Positions 14,409-16,236 of a stretch of DNA of 16,236 bases are shown here, one piece after another. Within the stretch, counting starts at the first letter, position 1. Every line of letters starts with the position of its first letter. The DNA comes from Campylobacterales bacterium (GTDB lineage: Bacteria; Campylobacterota; Campylobacteria; Campylobacterales; Sulfurimonadaceae). The stretch spans positions 1-16,236 of the forward strand of contig JBBRBK010000042.1 in assembly GCA_038205935.1 (NCBI GenBank), read 5' to 3'. The position numbers and the translations under genes were made by a program. The notes beneath the pieces were generated by a model that saw only the letters and a list, made by a program, of their open reading frames with translations, had not been told where the DNA came from and searched no databases.

Positions 14409-15953
14409 TTAATAATTATAGGCTACTTTATATCTTGGATCATCGGCAGCTTCTACAAATGTGCAGTGTCTGCCAGCTTTGATAAGTAACTCTTTGCAGT
14501 CGCGGCTTAGGTGACGTAACATCAAAGTTTTATCTGCATCTTCATATTTTTTTGTGATCACATTGAGTGCTTCAACACCTGAAGAATCTAAAACACGAGC
14601 ATTTTTAAACTCTAAAATCACACGCTCACTATCATTTTCAACATCAAAGATATCCATAAACGACGCAGTAGATGCAAAAAAGAGAGGACCGTCAAGTTCA
14701 TAGATCTTTGTACCATCTTCGGTAAAGCTAACTTTTGCATAAATACGTGCATGTTTCCACGCAAAGACAAGAGCAGAAATAATGACACCTGCGATAACTG
14801 CAGTCGCAAGATCTGAAAAAACGGTGATAAGCGTCACTGATACTACGACAAATGCATCTTCTTTAGGCATATGTCGCAGATGAGAAAAACTACTCCACTC
14901 AAATGTCCCGATGCTCACCATAAACATGATCCCCACAAGAACGGCAATAGGGATAATGTTGAGCGTATCTGTAAGAGATGCAACAAGGATCATAAGTCCG
15001 ATAGCTGCCGTGACGCCTGAAAGTCGTCCAAGACCGCCTGAAGTGAAGTTTATGATGGACTGACCGATCATCGCACATCCGGGCATTCCGCCAAAAACGC
15101 CACAAGCCATATTTCCAGCACCTAAAGCGATACATTCTTTGTTTGCACTTCCTCGTGTGTCACTCATCTCATCGAGAACTGAAAGGGTTAAGAGGGATTC
15201 TATAAGTCCGACCATAGCGGCGATAAAAGCATAAGGTAAGACCATCATAATCGCATCAAAACTCAGAATTGTATCTGGAATATGAAAGCTTGGAAGTTGC
15301 CCTTTAAATGCGCTCAGGTTTGCTAAATCGCCGACAAGCATAGTGCTTACATGTAAGAAGTAAACGCCTAAAGTAAGCGCGATGATTGCAATGAGTCCAG
15401 ACGGTACAGCCTTTGTGAGTTTAGGAAGAAAAAACATAATTGCCATCGTGATAACGACAAGCACAAACATCGCAGTATCATCTGAGTGAAAAAACTTGAA
15501 TTGCGCCATTGCTATAACGATAGCAAGACCATTGACAAATCCGTAGATGGCAGGAAGAGGCACTAAACGGATAAATTTTCCAAGCTTAAGCACACCGGCG
15601 AGTATCTGAAAAAGACCAGCCATGACAGCCGCAAGTGTGATGTACTGCATGATGCCAAAGGCGAGGGTGTCTCCGCTTGCTCCTTGAGAAATCAGAAGTC
15701 CTTTTGCTTCTAGGGCTAAACCGACTAAAACAACGGCGACTGAACCCGTTGCTCCGCTTATCATTCCCGGTTTTCCGCCAAAAAGAGCAGTGATAAGTCC
15801 AAGGATAAAAGCAGAATAAAGTCCCACAATCGGACTTACATCAACGATAAATGAAAAAGCGATCGCTTCGGGGACAAGTGCAACAGCGACAACAAGCCCT
15901 GATAGGAGATCATTTTTGATATTGGAAGTGTCGTATTTTTTAATATCAAACAA
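14409..15953 (-). CDS. SulP-family inorganic anion transporter with STAS domain
   Basis: DLLSGLVVAVALVPEAIAFS, GLYSAF, GGKPGMISGATG, GGMPGCAMIGQS and STAS DGPLFFAS...LDSSG. TTG start with AAAGGT RBS. Confidence 0.95.
   Translation of the reverse strand: MFDIKKYDTSNIKNDLLSGLVVAVALVPEAIAFSFIVDVSPIVGLYSAFILGLITALFGGKPGMISGATGSVAVVLVGLALEAKGLLISQGASGDTLAFGIMQYITLAAVMAGLFQILAGVLKLGKFIRLVPLPAIYGFVNGLAIVIAMAQFKFFHSDDTAMFVLVVITMAIMFFLPKLTKAVPSGLIAIIALTLGVYFLHVSTMLVGDLANLSAFKGQLPSFHIPDTILSFDAIMMVLPYAFIAAMVGLIESLLTLSVLDEMSDTRGSANKECIALGAGNMACGVFGGMPGCAMIGQSIINFTSGGLGRLSGVTAAIGLMILVASLTDTLNIIPIAVLVGIMFMVSIGTFEWSSFSHLRHMPKEDAFVVVSVTLITVFSDLATAVIAGVIISALVFAWKHARIYAKVSFTEDGTKIYELDGPLFFASTASFMDIFDVENDSERVILEFKNARVLDSSGVEALNVITKKYEDADKTLMLRHLSRDCKELLIKAGRHCTFVEAADDPRYKVAYNY
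15346..15357. repeat. perfect CTTACATGTAAG palindrome inside the SulP CDS
   Basis: Minus strand ttc tta cat gta agc encodes F-L-H-V-S. Confidence 0.95.
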
Positions 15954-15973
15954 ATTTTTAACCTTTATATACT

Positions 15974-16009
15974 AAAAAATGTTGGTATGTAGGATTATCC
16001 TACATACTA
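15974..16009 (-). terminator. Rho-independent terminator of valS
   Basis: GTATGTAGGA (15985-15994) / TCCTACATAC (15998-16007) 10-bp stem, followed on the minus strand by CATTTTTT. About 20 nt past the valS stop. Confidence 0.7.
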
Positions 16010-16027
16010 CTAAAATTTTTGAAGGGA

Positions 16028-16236
16028 TTAGTTTTGAAGAGAGTTTAATTGTTCTTTTACTTTTACTTGTTTACTTTGTGCATCTTCAAGTGCTTCACGG
16101 TTTTTAGCTAAAACATCTTCAGGAGCATTTGCACAAAAACGCTCATTGTTTAGCATTCCAGCGAGTTTATCGATCTCTTTTTGAAGTTTTTCATCCTGTT
16201 TTGAAAGTTTAGAGATGATAGAACTCAGATCAATAG
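16028..16236 (-). CDS. valS: valine--tRNA ligase, C-terminal coiled-coil arm (partial; not in the supplied ORF track)
   Basis: Manual translation: IDLSSIISKLSKQDEKLQKEIDKLAGMLNNERFCANAPEDVLAKNREALEDAQSKQVKVKEQLNSLQN*. This matches the ValRS L-x-N-x-x-F-x-x-x-AP-x-x-V pattern. Confidence 0.9.
   Translation of the reverse strand, partial: IDLSSIISKLSKQDEKLQKEIDKLAGMLNNERFCANAPEDVLAKNREALEDAQSKQVKVKEQLNSLQN

Noticed and set aside
240..15135. Remaining short ORFs in the track overlapping amiA, the porin, DHH, flhA, Rrf2, kdsB, the methyltransferase, trpC, yqeY, flgH and sulP
   Set aside because: These are antisense or alternate-frame shadows of confident genes, with no motifs supporting independent coding.
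1327..15357. CRISPR array interpretation of the repeated palindrome
   Set aside because: The repeat is only 12 bp, irregularly dispersed and found inside CDSs. There are no regular spacers or cas genes.
16055..16077. Short tandem TTTTAC-like repeats
   Set aside because: Explained by valS codons for SKQVKVKE on the minus strand.

Overview
AT-rich chromosomal window from a Campylobacterota bacterium. The gene order rpsO / Rrf2-flhA-DHH, the gnTAnAAT and sigma54 promoters and the protein style suggest a Sulfurimonas-like organism, which is an inference. Housekeeping backbone: amiA, small lipoprotein, DHH phosphoesterase, flhA, Rrf2 regulator, rpsO, kdsB, tRNA m6A37-type methyltransferase, YkgJ protein, TPR lipoprotein, trpC, GatB/YqeY, flgH, an exported transglutaminase-like protein, SulP, and the 3' end of valS. 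Two unexplained layers sit on top of this backbone. (1) The 12-bp palindrome CTTACATGTAAG occurs 6 times perfectly and 4 times with 1-2 mismatches. It lies just after stop codons and inside three CDSs. Two accessory-looking inserts (an OprD-type porin, and a structured element plus an HNH gene) are each bracketed by imperfect direct repeats of a 'stop codon-palindrome-reverse stop codon' junction, as if the palindrome were an insertion site. (2) A ~485-bp non-coding element (10796-11280) has TA-flanked terminal inverted repeats and two inverted arms sharing a conserved AAACTC-hairpin-TCAAACAG motif with a compensatory base change. It sits directly upstream of a stand-alone HNH endonuclease.
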